Assembly: GCA_965204455.1 (NCBI GenBank)
Contig: CBDBEO010000001.1
Span: 652,552 to 716,551 of the forward strand
Direction of reading: 5' to 3'
Length of the DNA stretch: 64,000 nucleotides
DNA from: an uncultured Candidatus Binatia bacterium
GTDB lineage: Bacteria; Desulfobacterota; Binatia; Bin18
In this document: positions 42,774 through 52,594 of the stretch, piece after piece
How the letters are laid out: each line of letters starts with the position of its first letter
Position numbering within the stretch: the stretch's first letter is position 1
Notes under the pieces: model-generated
Database searches by the model: none
What the model was told of the DNA's origin: nothing
Seen by the model: the letters and a program-made list of their open reading frames with translations, nothing else
Made by a program: the position numbers and the translations under genes

Positions 42774-44285
42774 TCAGTCGGCCACCTGGGCCGGCATGTC
42801 TGCGGCGGGAACTTGGCGCGGCGCGGACGGTAGCCGGCTGAACTCCAGCGCGCCGTCTTCAATCGAGCCGTAGGCTACCGACCAGACATCGCGCATGTAG
42901 TTCTGGTACGCTTTCCATGGCACTTTCGAGCCCTGCTTGGGAAAGGCGTCAATCGCGCGCTGGATATAGCCCGAGGTGAAATCCAGCAGCGGCTTCAACT
43001 CGATATCCGGGTCGTGGGGACGCGGACAGCACTGGTCGTAGCCCTTGGCCTGCATGTGGTTGAGCAGGCGACACACGTACTCGCAGGTGAGGTCGCACTT
43101 GAGCGTCCAGGATGTATTGGTGTAGCCGCTGACCAGGGCCATGTTCGGGACATTGCCGAACATCAGACCCTTGTAGGTCAGGGTCTTTGAGAAATCGGTT
43201 CGCTCGCCGTCGACCGTCACCTCAAGACCGCCGAATAGTTGGAGATTGAGACCCGTGGCCGTCACGATCAGGTCGGCCTCGAGTTCTCCGCCTGAGCGCA
43301 GCCGAATACCCCGCTCGGTGAAGCGGTCAATGTGGTCGGTGACGACCGAGGCCCGGCCGGTCTTGAGCGCGGCAAAGAAATCATTGTCCGGCGCCAGACA
43401 CATGCGCTGCTGCCAGGGATTGTAGTGGGGGCTGAAATGCTGCTCAACGTCATAGTCGGGGCCGAGCGTGGCGCGAACACGGCCCAGGATGAACGCCTTG
43501 GCCCGCTCCGGGTAACGTCGGCAGAACCAGAAAAAGCCCAGCCCCAGGACCACGTTTCTCCACCGGGTCAGCCTGTAGACGAGGCGGTTGGGCAGAAAAC
43601 GCCGGAGCAGATTCGCCAGATGATCCTCCGACGGCATGGCGACAATGTAGGTCGGCGAACGTTGCAGCATAGTGACGTGGGCGGCGGTCTTGGCCATTTC
43701 GGGCACCAGGGTTACGGCGGTCGCCCCGCTGCCAATGACCACCACGCGCTTGTCCGCGTAGGCGATGTCTTCCGTCCAGTGCTGCGGGTGGACGATGCGC
43801 CCCCGGAACGTGTCGGTTCCGGCAAACTCCGGGGTATACCCCTGGTCGTAGTTGTAGTAGCCGCTGCACATGAAGAGGAAGTTGCAGGTGAAGCGGCAGG
43901 GTTCGGCCGTGTCACTTCGCTCGGTCTCTACGGTCCAGCGTGCCTCGGCCGTTGACCACGACGCGCGTTTCACATGCTGGCCAAAGCGGATCTTGTCCGT
44001 GATGCCGTACTCTGCGGCCGTCTCATGCACATAGCGCAGGATCGCCGGCCCGTCGGCAATGGCCTGGGGGTCGCTCCAGGGGCGGAACGAGTAGCCCAGC
44101 GTGTACATGTCCGAGTCGGAGCGAATGCCTGGATAGCGGAAGAGATCCCAGGTGCCCCCGATTGTGTCGCGTCGCTCAAGAATGGCGTAGGTCCGGTCCG
44201 GGCAGCTCGTCTGTAGATGATAGCCGGCAGCGATCCCGGACAGCCCGGCCCCGACGATGAGCACGTCAAAATGTTCCACGCTCAT
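42774..44285 (-). CDS. Flavin-containing / type I Baeyer-Villiger monooxygenase (EthA-like)
   Basis: 503 aa: FDVLIVGAGLSGI (FAD GxGxxG), FRGRIVHPQHWTED (the BVMO FxGxxxHxxxW fingerprint), VVVIGSGATA (NADPH site). Confidence 0.85.
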   Translation of the reverse strand: MSVEHFDVLIVGAGLSGIAAGYHLQTSCPDRTYAILERRDTIGGTWDLFRYPGIRSDSDMYTLGYSFRPWSDPQAIADGPAILRYVHETAAEYGITDKIRFGQHVKRASWSTAEARWTVETERSDTAEPCRFTCNFLFMCSGYYNYDQGYTPEFAGTDTFRGRIVHPQHWTEDIAYADKRVVVIGSGATAVTLVPEMAKTAAHVTMLQRSPTYIVAMPSEDHLANLLRRFLPNRLVYRLTRWRNVVLGLGFFWFCRRYPERAKAFILGRVRATLGPDYDVEQHFSPHYNPWQQRMCLAPDNDFFAALKTGRASVVTDHIDRFTERGIRLRSGGELEADLIVTATGLNLQLFGGLEVTVDGERTDFSKTLTYKGLMFGNVPNMALVSGYTNTSWTLKCDLTCEYVCRLLNHMQAKGYDQCCPRPHDPDIELKPLLDFTSGYIQRAIDAFPKQGSKVPWKAYQNYMRDVWSVAYGSIEDGALEFSRLPSAPRQVPAADMPAQVAD

Positions 44286-44438
44286 GGCTCCAGCGGCCCA
44301 GTGCGGGCCTCAACAAGGTGTCAGTACTATAGCCCTGATCGTAAGCCGCCACCAGGGGAGCAGACAAAGACAAACGACCGAGCCTTCCCATTTCGGAGCT
44401 CCGATGCCATCATATCTTCTTGATCGGAGATACAGCCC

Positions 44439-44636
44439 ATGAAGATCAAATATTTTCAGGATACTGATACTTTGTACATTGAATTCCGTACGGCTGAAGT
44501 GGCTGAGACCAAAGATCTCGATGAAAACACGCTGCTCGACGTAGACTGTGAAGGCAACATTTGCGGTATCACCATCGAACACGCGCGAGACCGTGCCGAC
44601 ATTCCCCATTTTTCCTATGAGCAGATCGCGGTCTGA
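44439..44636 (+). CDS. DUF2283-domain protein
   Basis: 65 aa: MKIKYFQDTDTLYIEFRTAEVAETKDLDENTLLDVDCEGNICGITIEHA, the typical DUF2283 pattern. Lies in an AT-richer patch. Confidence 0.65.
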   Translation: MKIKYFQDTDTLYIEFRTAEVAETKDLDENTLLDVDCEGNICGITIEHARDRADIPHFSYEQIAV

Positions 44637-44775
44637 CGGGAAGATACTGTATCAAGAAGCCGGGGCGAAAGAGGCGACGACGCCCTTGGCCCTCTTGTCC
44701 TGAGCAGTCGGCTCATGAACTCTGGTCGGCCGCTTCGTTGTCTTCAAAGTTCAGGGGCGGGAAGGAGGCCATTGA

Positions 44776-45198
44776 CTAGTTGTCCTGACGACGAAACCGC
44801 TCCAGGCCGTCCGGGCCGACATCACAGTACAGCTCCAGCCTGTTGCCGGCCGGGTCGCAGAAGTAGATGCTCTTGGTAATGCCGTGATCCACCGCCCGGA
44901 CAATCGGAATGTCGTGCTGCTTCAGGGTGTGGTAGCAGTCCTTGAGCGCCGCAAAGCTTTCGACCTGAAGGGCGACGTGGTGGAGGCCGACCTGCTTGTC
45001 CTTGGGGTCGTCAGCCTCGGGCGGGACCTCCAATACGGCCAGGTCGTGGTGCTGCTCGCCCAGAGAGAAAAACACTCCACGGGGCTGCGAGAGACGGTGT
45101 ACCACCTCAAAGCCCATGATCCGGGTGTAGAACTGTTCTACCTGATCCATGTTGCGGGCCTTCAAGACCACATGGCCAACTTTTTTCGGACGAATCAT
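44776..45198 (-). CDS. VOC-family protein (extradiol dioxygenase/glyoxalase-like)
   Basis: Track ORF 44776..45234. The ATG at 45198 has a strong AAGGAGGG RBS, while the ATG at 45234 would overlap the upstream stop (ATGA). VGHVVLKARNMD...FY, LHHVALQV and FCDPAGNRLELY are present. Confidence 0.75.
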   Translation of the reverse strand: MIRPKKVGHVVLKARNMDQVEQFYTRIMGFEVVHRLSQPRGVFFSLGEQHHDLAVLEVPPEADDPKDKQVGLHHVALQVESFAALKDCYHTLKQHDIPIVRAVDHGITKSIYFCDPAGNRLELYCDVGPDGLERFRRQDN

Positions 45199-45230
45199 CG
45201 GCTGTCCCTCCTTGGTCTCCAAGCCTACCA

Positions 45231-46226
45231 TCATGACAGGACCTTCGCCAACTCGTCGGTCTCACTGTACACAAAGTCCGTCGGTTTGCCATTGACGAAC
45301 GCGGCGATGCCGGGTTCGGCCCGAACCGAGCCAATCACCTGGGCGGCTATGCCCTCGGTCTCAAGACTGGCCCGCAGTGCCGGCCAGCGCCGGGGCGGAA
45401 TCGTGAGCAGCAGAGTCCCGGAACTGATTAAGCCCAGCGGGTTGATCTGAAAGTAGTCGCAAATATCCCGCGTCAGCGGCAGCACCGGAATCGCGTCAAG
45501 CTCGATCCGCAGGCCGTGGTCTGAGGCCGAGGCCAACTCGTACAGCGCCATGGCGATGCCGCCTTCGGTCGGGTCGTGCATGGCGCTGGCCCCGTGCCGG
45601 GCGGCCAGGCCGGCTTCGGTGACAATGGAAATGGCGAGTGTCTGAGCCAGCCGGCGGGTCTCCCGCCAGCGTGCCGCTCCAAGTGCGGCGCGGAGTTCTG
45701 TGGCCTTTTCCGTAATCAGAATGCCCGTGCCCTCCAGGCCGGCCGTCTTGGTCATGACGAGCAGGTCGTCCGGTCGGGCTCCGGCCGAGGTGACCAGACC
45801 GGCCTTGTCGACCGTTCCGTACATCGTGCCGACCACCACCGGTTGACTGACCGCCCGGGTCACCTCGGTGTGGCCGCCGCTGACGGTCACCCCAAGGCTC
45901 TGGCAGGTGTCGTCTATTTGGCGAAACACGTCGCGGACGGTCTCCCGGTCCGTGTCCGGGGGAAACAGCAGACAGGCCTGAAACCACTGCGGCCGGCCGC
46001 CCATGGTGGCGATATCGTTGGCATTGATATGGACGGCGTACCAGCCCAGACGCTCGGCGGTGAAGGTGACCGGGTCGGTTTTGACCAGCAGATACTGCTC
46101 GCCCATGTCGATGACCGCGCAGTCCTCGCCAAAGCGGGGGCCGATGACAACCCGCGGGTCTGCCACGCCCCGATGGCTGAGGCAGGTCTTGAGCAGATCA
46201 ACCGGCAGTTTCCCAATCGGCAGCAT
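45231..46226 (-). CDS. AIR synthase-related (PurM/HypE/ThiL-fold) protein
   Basis: 331 aa: GEDCAVIDMGEQYLLVKTDPVTF, HINANDIATMGGRP, GVTVSGGHTE, MHDPTEGG. Confidence 0.7.
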   Translation of the reverse strand: MLPIGKLPVDLLKTCLSHRGVADPRVVIGPRFGEDCAVIDMGEQYLLVKTDPVTFTAERLGWYAVHINANDIATMGGRPQWFQACLLFPPDTDRETVRDVFRQIDDTCQSLGVTVSGGHTEVTRAVSQPVVVGTMYGTVDKAGLVTSAGARPDDLLVMTKTAGLEGTGILITEKATELRAALGAARWRETRRLAQTLAISIVTEAGLAARHGASAMHDPTEGGIAMALYELASASDHGLRIELDAIPVLPLTRDICDYFQINPLGLISSGTLLLTIPPRRWPALRASLETEGIAAQVIGSVRAEPGIAAFVNGKPTDFVYSETDELAKVLS

Positions 46227-46244
46227 GGTCTGAGCAGACGGCGG

Positions 46245-47692
46245 CTAGGATTGGTGTTCGTGGGTCCGGGTCGGTTCGGCCGTTGCCTCTGTCGGAAGCT
46301 CAGGGGTCGGCGGGGTCAGCTCGGCCTCTTCCAGGTTGGCCACCACCACCTGCAAGAGCTGATCGGGGTGCAGGTATTTCTTGGCCACCGCCTTGATCTG
46401 GTCCAGGCTCAGGGCCTGAATAATACTCGGATAGCGGTCGGGATAGTCGAGACCCAGCTCGTAGAATTCGAGGGCCGGCAGCAGGCTGGCAATCTGCCGG
46501 TTGGAGACCAGCCCCAGCGGGTAGCTGTTGACCAGATACGCCTTGGCCGCGTCGAATTCTGCGACAGTCGCCCCTTCTTCGATGTAACGCCGCATGATGC
46601 CGACCGCCTCATCGATGGCCTGTGTGGCGCTGGCGTTTTTGGTTTGCAGGACGATCCGGAAGGGGCCGGCGTGTTTGCGGCTGCTGAAACGGCTGCCCAC
46701 GCTGTAGACCAGGCCCAGCTCCTCACGAATACGGTCGTTCAGGCGCGAGCCAAAGCCGCCCGCGCCGAGAATATAGTTCATGACCCGGATGGCGTAGATA
46801 TCCGGATTGTGGCGGGCCACACCCGGATGGCCGAGGATGATATTGGCCTGACTGACCGGCCTGTCGATGAGGACTTGGGCTGCCGCCGGGGCGGGATCGG
46901 CCGGCCAGTTGAGCGGGGGCAGGGGAGCGGCCTGCCAGCCGCCCAGATGACGGGCCAGGAAGTCCTGGGCCTGGGCTTGGGTCAGGTCTCCGGCAATCCC
47001 AATGATTGCGTTATTGGGACGGTAGTAAGCGCGGTAGAAGTCGACGATATCCGCCCGACTGAGGGCGGCCAGAGTGTCCGGCTCGCCGTCGATCAGGCGT
47101 CCGAACGGTGCTCGGCGTACAGCTTCTCCTGAAACGCCTTGTTCGCCACCCAGCCCGGGTCTTCTTCCTGGCTGCGGATGGTGCCCAGGACTTCGGTCCG
47201 CTTGCGCTCAAATTCCTCGGCCGGGAAGGTCGGATGGAGCAAAACCTCGGCCAGCAGGCCAAACGAGGCCTCAAGGTTCTTGGTCAGGCTGGTGACCAGC
47301 ACGGTCGTTGTTTCGTAATCGGCCGAAACCGACACCGAGGTGCCCAGGAAGTCGAGCGCTTCGGCCAGAGCCTGGGCGGTGTGCTGCTGGGTGCCGCGGG
47401 TCAGCAGCAGGGCGGTCAGGTTGGCCACGCCGGCTTTGTCTGTCGGATCGGCGGTCGAGCCGGTTTTGAGGGTGATGTTCATGACCACCATCGGCACGCC
47501 GGGGCGTTCGGCAAGCAGGAGGATGGCCCCATTGTCCAGCACGGTTCGGGTGGCCAGAGGCGTGGCCGCGGCCGGACCGGGCAGCAGTCCCGCAATGCCC
47601 AAGACGGCGAGCAGGCCGCAAAAACGGGCTAGACTTTGCACACGTTGAGAGGACACGTTTCCTCTTTTCAACAGGCCGACGGAAAAATGCAT
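46245..47692 (-). pseudogene. M16-family peptidase (non-HxxEH partner subunit type) with a 1-nt frameshift near 47106-47108
   Basis: The N-terminal ORF 47093..47692 ends ...AFQEKLYAEHRSDA*. The frame of ORF 46245..46820 is open upstream and reads PFGRLIDGEPDTLAALSRADIVDFYRAYYRPNNAIIGIAGD.... The frames join as ...YAEH-PFGR... if the coding-strand run CACCG were CACCCG. Confidence 0.7.
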
Positions 47693-47707
47693 GCGTACCT
47701 CCCTCTC

Positions 47708-49087
47708 CTAGTGGACGATCCGGTCGCCCACGCTGCGGCTGGGTCGCTCCCGGATGGGCGGTCCCTCAGGGATCAACACTCCCACCGTGCGGTTGTCTTC
47801 CCGTAAATAAGTCTGGGCGACCCGCTGGACTTCCGAGGCGGTGACGGCGCGCAGATCTGGCACGACGCGCTGCACCAGCCGCCAATCGCCCAGCGAGGCG
47901 TACTGCCCGATCTGCATTGCCCGGTAGAACAGGGAATCCTGGCCATAGATGAAGTGCGACTCGACCAGGTTTTTGGCCCGCTCGAGTTCGTGGTCGCTGA
48001 CCGTCTGTGTTTTAAGCCGTTCAATCTGCTCGAACAGCGCGGTTTCCGCAGCCTGCCAGGTTTTGCCCGGGGCGACCCGCATCGACAGGGTGAACAGGGT
48101 GGCGTCTTTTGCCGTTTCGTCGTACCCGGCGCCGGCGCTGAGAACCAGCGCCTGTTCTTCAACCAGGGTTTTCTGCAAGCGTGCGCTCCGCCCGCTGCTC
48201 AGGATAACGGACAGGACCGACAGGGCCGGGCTGTCCTGTTCGTGCAGGTTGGGCACATGGTAGGCGGCAATATACACGGGCAGGGCGGCCGGGCGTCTGA
48301 ACACGATCCGACGCTCGCCGCGCTGTGGCGGCTCAAGCGCGGTGACCGGGGGGGCGGCCGGGCCGGCCGGAACCGCGCCGAAGGTGGCCTGGATTTTGGG
48401 CAGAACGGTCTGCCGGCTGACATCTCCGGCAACAACCAGGATGGCGTTGCCGGGGGCATAATAGCTCTGTCGATAACGCTTGAGCTGATCCAGGCTGATG
48501 GTCTCCAGGTCGCGTTGCCAGCCAACGACCGGCCAGGCGTAGGGATGGGCGGTATACGCGGTCGCGCTGACCTGTTCCCACAATTCGGAGCCCGGGTCAT
48601 CGCTGGTGCGCAGGCGACGTTCTTCCATCACAATCTGACGCTCGGCCTCAAGGTTGGTCTGATCGAGGTTCAGATTGGCCATGCGGTCGGCTTCAAGCTC
48701 CAGCATCAGGTCCAGGTGGGCGGTGGTGAAACGCTCAAAATAGACAGTATGATCGGCGCTGGTAAAGGCGTTGAGGCTGCCGCCGCGGGTTTTGACCAGC
48801 CGGGTAAATTCGCCCTCGCCGTATTTCGGAGTGCCGCGAAACATGAGGTGTTCGAGCAGGTGCGAGATGCCGGTGATGCCCAGCCGCTCGTTCCGTGAGC
48901 CGACCTTGTACCACACCTGGAGGGTGACGACCGGCGCCCGATGATCTTCGAGCACTAAGACCGTCAGGCCGTTGTCCAGCCGGTCCTGGCTGACCTGCCA
49001 GCCGGCCTCGGGCGTCTGACCGAAAGCGGGTGTCAAGAACAGAGGCAGAAGCAGCAAAAGAGCCAGCCCTGTCCGGAAATAGCGCAT
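47708..49087 (-). CDS. M16-family zinc peptidase (insulinase/pitrilysin-like, HxxEH type)
   Basis: In-frame ATG at 49087 (MRYFRTGLALLLLLPLFLTPAFG signal peptide) after GGAGGG. Has the GISHLLEHLMFRGT inverted zinc motif. Confidence 0.85.
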   Translation of the reverse strand: MRYFRTGLALLLLLPLFLTPAFGQTPEAGWQVSQDRLDNGLTVLVLEDHRAPVVTLQVWYKVGSRNERLGITGISHLLEHLMFRGTPKYGEGEFTRLVKTRGGSLNAFTSADHTVYFERFTTAHLDLMLELEADRMANLNLDQTNLEAERQIVMEERRLRTSDDPGSELWEQVSATAYTAHPYAWPVVGWQRDLETISLDQLKRYRQSYYAPGNAILVVAGDVSRQTVLPKIQATFGAVPAGPAAPPVTALEPPQRGERRIVFRRPAALPVYIAAYHVPNLHEQDSPALSVLSVILSSGRSARLQKTLVEEQALVLSAGAGYDETAKDATLFTLSMRVAPGKTWQAAETALFEQIERLKTQTVSDHELERAKNLVESHFIYGQDSLFYRAMQIGQYASLGDWRLVQRVVPDLRAVTASEVQRVAQTYLREDNRTVGVLIPEGPPIRERPSRSVGDRIVH

Positions 49088-49109
49088 GTCGTATCCCTCC
49101 GAGTGGTGT

Positions 49110-50018
49110 CTACGGCTCATCCAGAAGTTCCTGCATGACTGCGCGCAGCCGGTCGCGCAGCTCAGGCTTGTGGTAGGCCAGCCGGAGCGTGGTTTCGAGC
49201 AGCCCCGGCAGCGTGCCGACATCATGCCGCCGCCCGGTGAAGACATAGCCGTACAGCCCGTGGCGCTGCTGAAGTACGCGCAGGCCGTCCGTCAGCTGGA
49301 TTTCTCCACCCGCCCCGACTTGCACATGGCTCAGAATGGGGAAAATCTCGGGCGGCAGCACATAGCGACCGATAATGGCCAGATCGGACGGCTCGGTGCC
49401 GGGCGGAGGTTTTTCGATCAGGTCTGAAATGGCATACGTCCGGGGCGCTGCCTGGCGGCCGGCAATCACGCCGTAGCGGTGGATGTGTTGGCGCGGGATC
49501 TGCTCCAGGGCCAGCACGCCCTTGCCGGTGCGTTCATAGACCCGGAGCAGCTGGGCGCTCAGCGGCGGGTCGGCCTGGCCCAGGTCGTCGGGCAGGATGA
49601 CGAGGCAGGGCTCGTCGCCGACAGCCTCCCGGGCGCATAAGACGGCGTGGCCCAGGCCGCGCGGCTCGTCCTGATACACACAGCTGACACTGACGCGGCT
49701 GAGCAGGGCGTTGAGACCGGCCAGCCGGTTCTCGGTGTCCCGGTCGGCCAGCCGCTGTGCGTCGGGAGCAAAATAGCGTCCGATGTCGTCTTTGGAGCGG
49801 CTGACCACAAAGATGATGTGGGTGATGCCGGCGGCGCTGGCCTCCTCAACCACGTACTGGCTGGCCGGTCGATCAACGACGGGCAGCAGTTCCTTGGCCA
49901 AGACCTTGGTGACCGGCAGCAGACGGGTGCCGAGCCCGGCGGCCGGAATCACCGCTTTTTTGACGGGGGTGATCACAGGAAATATGGGAGGTACGGCGGA
50001 GCAGCGCTCCGCCGGCAC
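49110..50018 (-). CDS. galU: UTP--glucose-1-phosphate uridylyltransferase
   Basis: 302 aa: KAVIPAAGLGTRLLPVTKVLAKELLPV, VYQDEPRGLGHAV, GRYVL. The start could be a few codons further in. Confidence 0.85.
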   Translation of the reverse strand: MPAERCSAVPPIFPVITPVKKAVIPAAGLGTRLLPVTKVLAKELLPVVDRPASQYVVEEASAAGITHIIFVVSRSKDDIGRYFAPDAQRLADRDTENRLAGLNALLSRVSVSCVYQDEPRGLGHAVLCAREAVGDEPCLVILPDDLGQADPPLSAQLLRVYERTGKGVLALEQIPRQHIHRYGVIAGRQAAPRTYAISDLIEKPPPGTEPSDLAIIGRYVLPPEIFPILSHVQVGAGGEIQLTDGLRVLQQRHGLYGYVFTGRRHDVGTLPGLLETTLRLAYHKPELRDRLRAVMQELLDEP

Positions 50019-50021
50019 GGA

Positions 50022-52469
50022 TCAGGACGAGGTCGGGGCCTGGACGCCGGCCTCCGGTGTATCGACCGGAATGGCCTGCTGGGACAGGGCCACGTCTAAG
50101 ACCTCATCAATGTTTTCGACAAAACGAAACTCCATTTCCTCGCGGACGTTGGGGGGCACATCCTCAAGATCTTTTTCGTTTCGTTTGGGTAGAATAACCG
50201 TTTTGACCCCGGCCCTGCGCGCGGCCAGGGTTTTCTCCTTGACTCCGCCGATGGGCATGACCTTGCCGCGCAGGGTGATCTCGCCGGTCATGGCGATATG
50301 CGGGTTGACCGGTCGGCTGGTCAGCAGGGAGGCCAGCGCCGTGGCCATGGTGATTCCGGCCGAGGGCCCGTCCTTGGGGATGGCGCCGGCCGGCACATGG
50401 ATGTGCAGGTCGCAATTTTCGTAAAAGTCCGGGGCTACGCCCAGCCGGTCGGCCTTGGAGCGGATGTAGGACAGGGCGGCCTGAGCCGATTCCTTCATCA
50501 CCTCTCCCAGCTGACCGGTGAGGGTCAGGCTCTTTTTGCCGGTCATGCGGGTGGCTTCGATGAACAGGATATCGCCGCCGTTGGGCGTCCAGGCCAGGCC
50601 GATGGCGACTCCCGGATCCTGGGTGCGCTCGGCCACCTCGGGAAAGAATTTCTCGGGACCGAGCAGGTCGGTCACTTTTTCCGGGGAAATCGTAGCCTTG
50701 TCGGTCTGGCCCTCTGTCACCGCTCGGGCGATTTTGCGGCACACGCTGCCGATCTCGCGCTCCAGGTTGCGCACGCCCGCCTCGTGGGTGTAGCTCCGGG
50801 CGATCTTGAACAGCGCCTCGTCGGTAAACTCAATCAGGTCGGTCGTCAGGCCGTTTTCGGTGATCTGCTTGGGCATGAGATGGCGCTTGGCAATCTCCAG
50901 CTTCTCTTCTTCGGTATAGCCGGCCAGCTCGATGATTTCCATGCGGTCGCGCAGGGCTGGTGGCACCGGCTCGAGATAGTTGGCGGTGGTGATGAACATG
51001 ACCTTGGACAGGTCGAAGGCCACTTCGAGATAGTGGTCGGCAAACGAAAAGTTCTGTTCCGGGTCGAGTACTTCAAGCAGGGCTGAGGCTGGGTCGCCCC
51101 GAAAATCCATGCCCAGCTTGTCGACCTCGTCGAGCATGAACAGGGGATTATTCGACCCGGCGGTCCGCAAGGACTGAACGATCCGGCCCGGCAGCGACCC
51201 GATATAGGTCCGGCGATGGCCCCGAATCTCGGCCTCGTCGCGCACGCCGCCCAGCGACAGGCGGACGAACTTGCGGTCCATGGCCCGAGCGATGGAACGC
51301 CCCAGCGAGGTTTTACCCACGCCCGGCGGGCCGACAAAACACAGGATCGGTCCTTTGGGATCTTTGCGCAGCTTGCGCACGGCCAGGTATTCGAGAATGC
51401 GGTCCTTGATCTTTTCCAGGTCGTAGTGATCCTCGTCCAGCACCTGGCGGGCGTGGAGCATGTCCAGATTGTCGTCCGTGGTTATTGCCCAGGGCAGGTT
51501 GACCAGCCATTCGAGATAGGTCCGGACCATGGAGTGCTCGGCCGATTCGGGCGGAATCAGGCGCAGCCGTTCGAGTTCATTGTCCGCAGCCTTGCGCGCC
51601 TCCTCGGGCATCTTGGCCTCTTCGATCTTCTTGTGTAGATCCTCGATCTCGTTGGTCTTGGCGTCGCCCTCGCCGAGTTCTTTCTGGATCGCCCGCATCT
51701 GCTGGCGGAGATAAAACTCCTTCTGGTTCTTGTTCAGCTCGCTCTGGACCTGGGACTGAATCTTCTGCCCGAGTTCGACCAACTCGCCCTCCCGGTTCAG
51801 GATCGTTGACAGTTTTTCCAGGCGCTGCTTGACATCGAGCGTGTTGAGCAGATCCTGCTTTTCGTCGACCGAGATGTTGAGGTTGGAGCCGATCAGGTCG
51901 GCCGCCCGGCCCGGGTCCTTGATGTTCATGACCACGCCCTGCAACTCGTCCGGCAGGTAGGGGACTTGGGACACGAACTTGGCAAACTGGCTGACGAGGT
52001 GGGCCTGGCGCGCGTCGAGATCGGTCGCCGGCGGGACGACATCGTCCAGATGGGTTACGCTGGCCCGCAGGTAGGGCTCGTGTTGCAGATAATCCCGGAT
52101 CTCAATCCGTTTCAGCCCCTGGACCAGAATGCGCACGCTGCCGTCGGGGTATTTGAGCAGTTTCAGAATCCGTCCGGCACTGCCGCGGGAAAACAGGCCG
52201 CTGGCGTCGGGGTTCTCGTCTTCGGGGGTTTTTTGCGCGGCCAAGCCGAGGAGATTATCCGTGTTGCGACAGTCTTCGACCAGTTTGAGAGAGGACTTCC
52301 GGGAGATCAGCAGGGGAACAACGGCGGAAGGAAAAATCACTACCCCACGCAGGGGCAGAATGGGGAGTTCGGTCGGGACAACGACCTCTCCGAGATCTTC
52401 TTCAAAGCTGACGACTCCGTGTTCTTGCCCCTCTTGTTCCTCGCCAGCACGCATCCTCATGTCTGCCAT
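50022..52469 (-). CDS. lon: ATP-dependent Lon protease (LonA)
   Basis: In-frame ATG at 52469 after GGAGGAGG. Lon N-domain (LPILPLRGVVIFP), Walker A GPPGVGKTS, and protease site PKDGPSAGITMATAL. Confidence 0.95.
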   Translation of the reverse strand: MADMRMRAGEEQEGQEHGVVSFEEDLGEVVVPTELPILPLRGVVIFPSAVVPLLISRKSSLKLVEDCRNTDNLLGLAAQKTPEDENPDASGLFSRGSAGRILKLLKYPDGSVRILVQGLKRIEIRDYLQHEPYLRASVTHLDDVVPPATDLDARQAHLVSQFAKFVSQVPYLPDELQGVVMNIKDPGRAADLIGSNLNISVDEKQDLLNTLDVKQRLEKLSTILNREGELVELGQKIQSQVQSELNKNQKEFYLRQQMRAIQKELGEGDAKTNEIEDLHKKIEEAKMPEEARKAADNELERLRLIPPESAEHSMVRTYLEWLVNLPWAITTDDNLDMLHARQVLDEDHYDLEKIKDRILEYLAVRKLRKDPKGPILCFVGPPGVGKTSLGRSIARAMDRKFVRLSLGGVRDEAEIRGHRRTYIGSLPGRIVQSLRTAGSNNPLFMLDEVDKLGMDFRGDPASALLEVLDPEQNFSFADHYLEVAFDLSKVMFITTANYLEPVPPALRDRMEIIELAGYTEEEKLEIAKRHLMPKQITENGLTTDLIEFTDEALFKIARSYTHEAGVRNLEREIGSVCRKIARAVTEGQTDKATISPEKVTDLLGPEKFFPEVAERTQDPGVAIGLAWTPNGGDILFIEATRMTGKKSLTLTGQLGEVMKESAQAALSYIRSKADRLGVAPDFYENCDLHIHVPAGAIPKDGPSAGITMATALASLLTSRPVNPHIAMTGEITLRGKVMPIGGVKEKTLAARRAGVKTVILPKRNEKDLEDVPPNVREEMEFRFVENIDEVLDVALSQQAIPVDTPEAGVQAPTSS

Positions 52470-52594
52470 CAGGCCTCCTCCAATTCTGGGCTGGCATGCA
52501 CCAGCCTGGAAAAAACCATAATACATGGCCTCTGCTTGCACAAGGGGTAAAGACTGGATACAAGCATAGGGTCGCTCACCTTAGAAACACTGTT

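Noticed and set aside
49110-52469. lon-galU-M16-M16 as a functional system.
   Set aside because: These are same-strand, tightly packed housekeeping genes with well-known independent functions. Nothing in the sequence argues for a special linkage.
52470-52594. A possible sigma-32 heat-shock promoter (CTTGTAT...CCCCTTGT on the minus strand) or a CIRCE element upstream of lon.
   Set aside because: The spacer between the two boxes is only about 10 nt, versus the expected 13-15 or more. No TTAGCACTC-N9-GAGTGCTAA inverted repeat is present.
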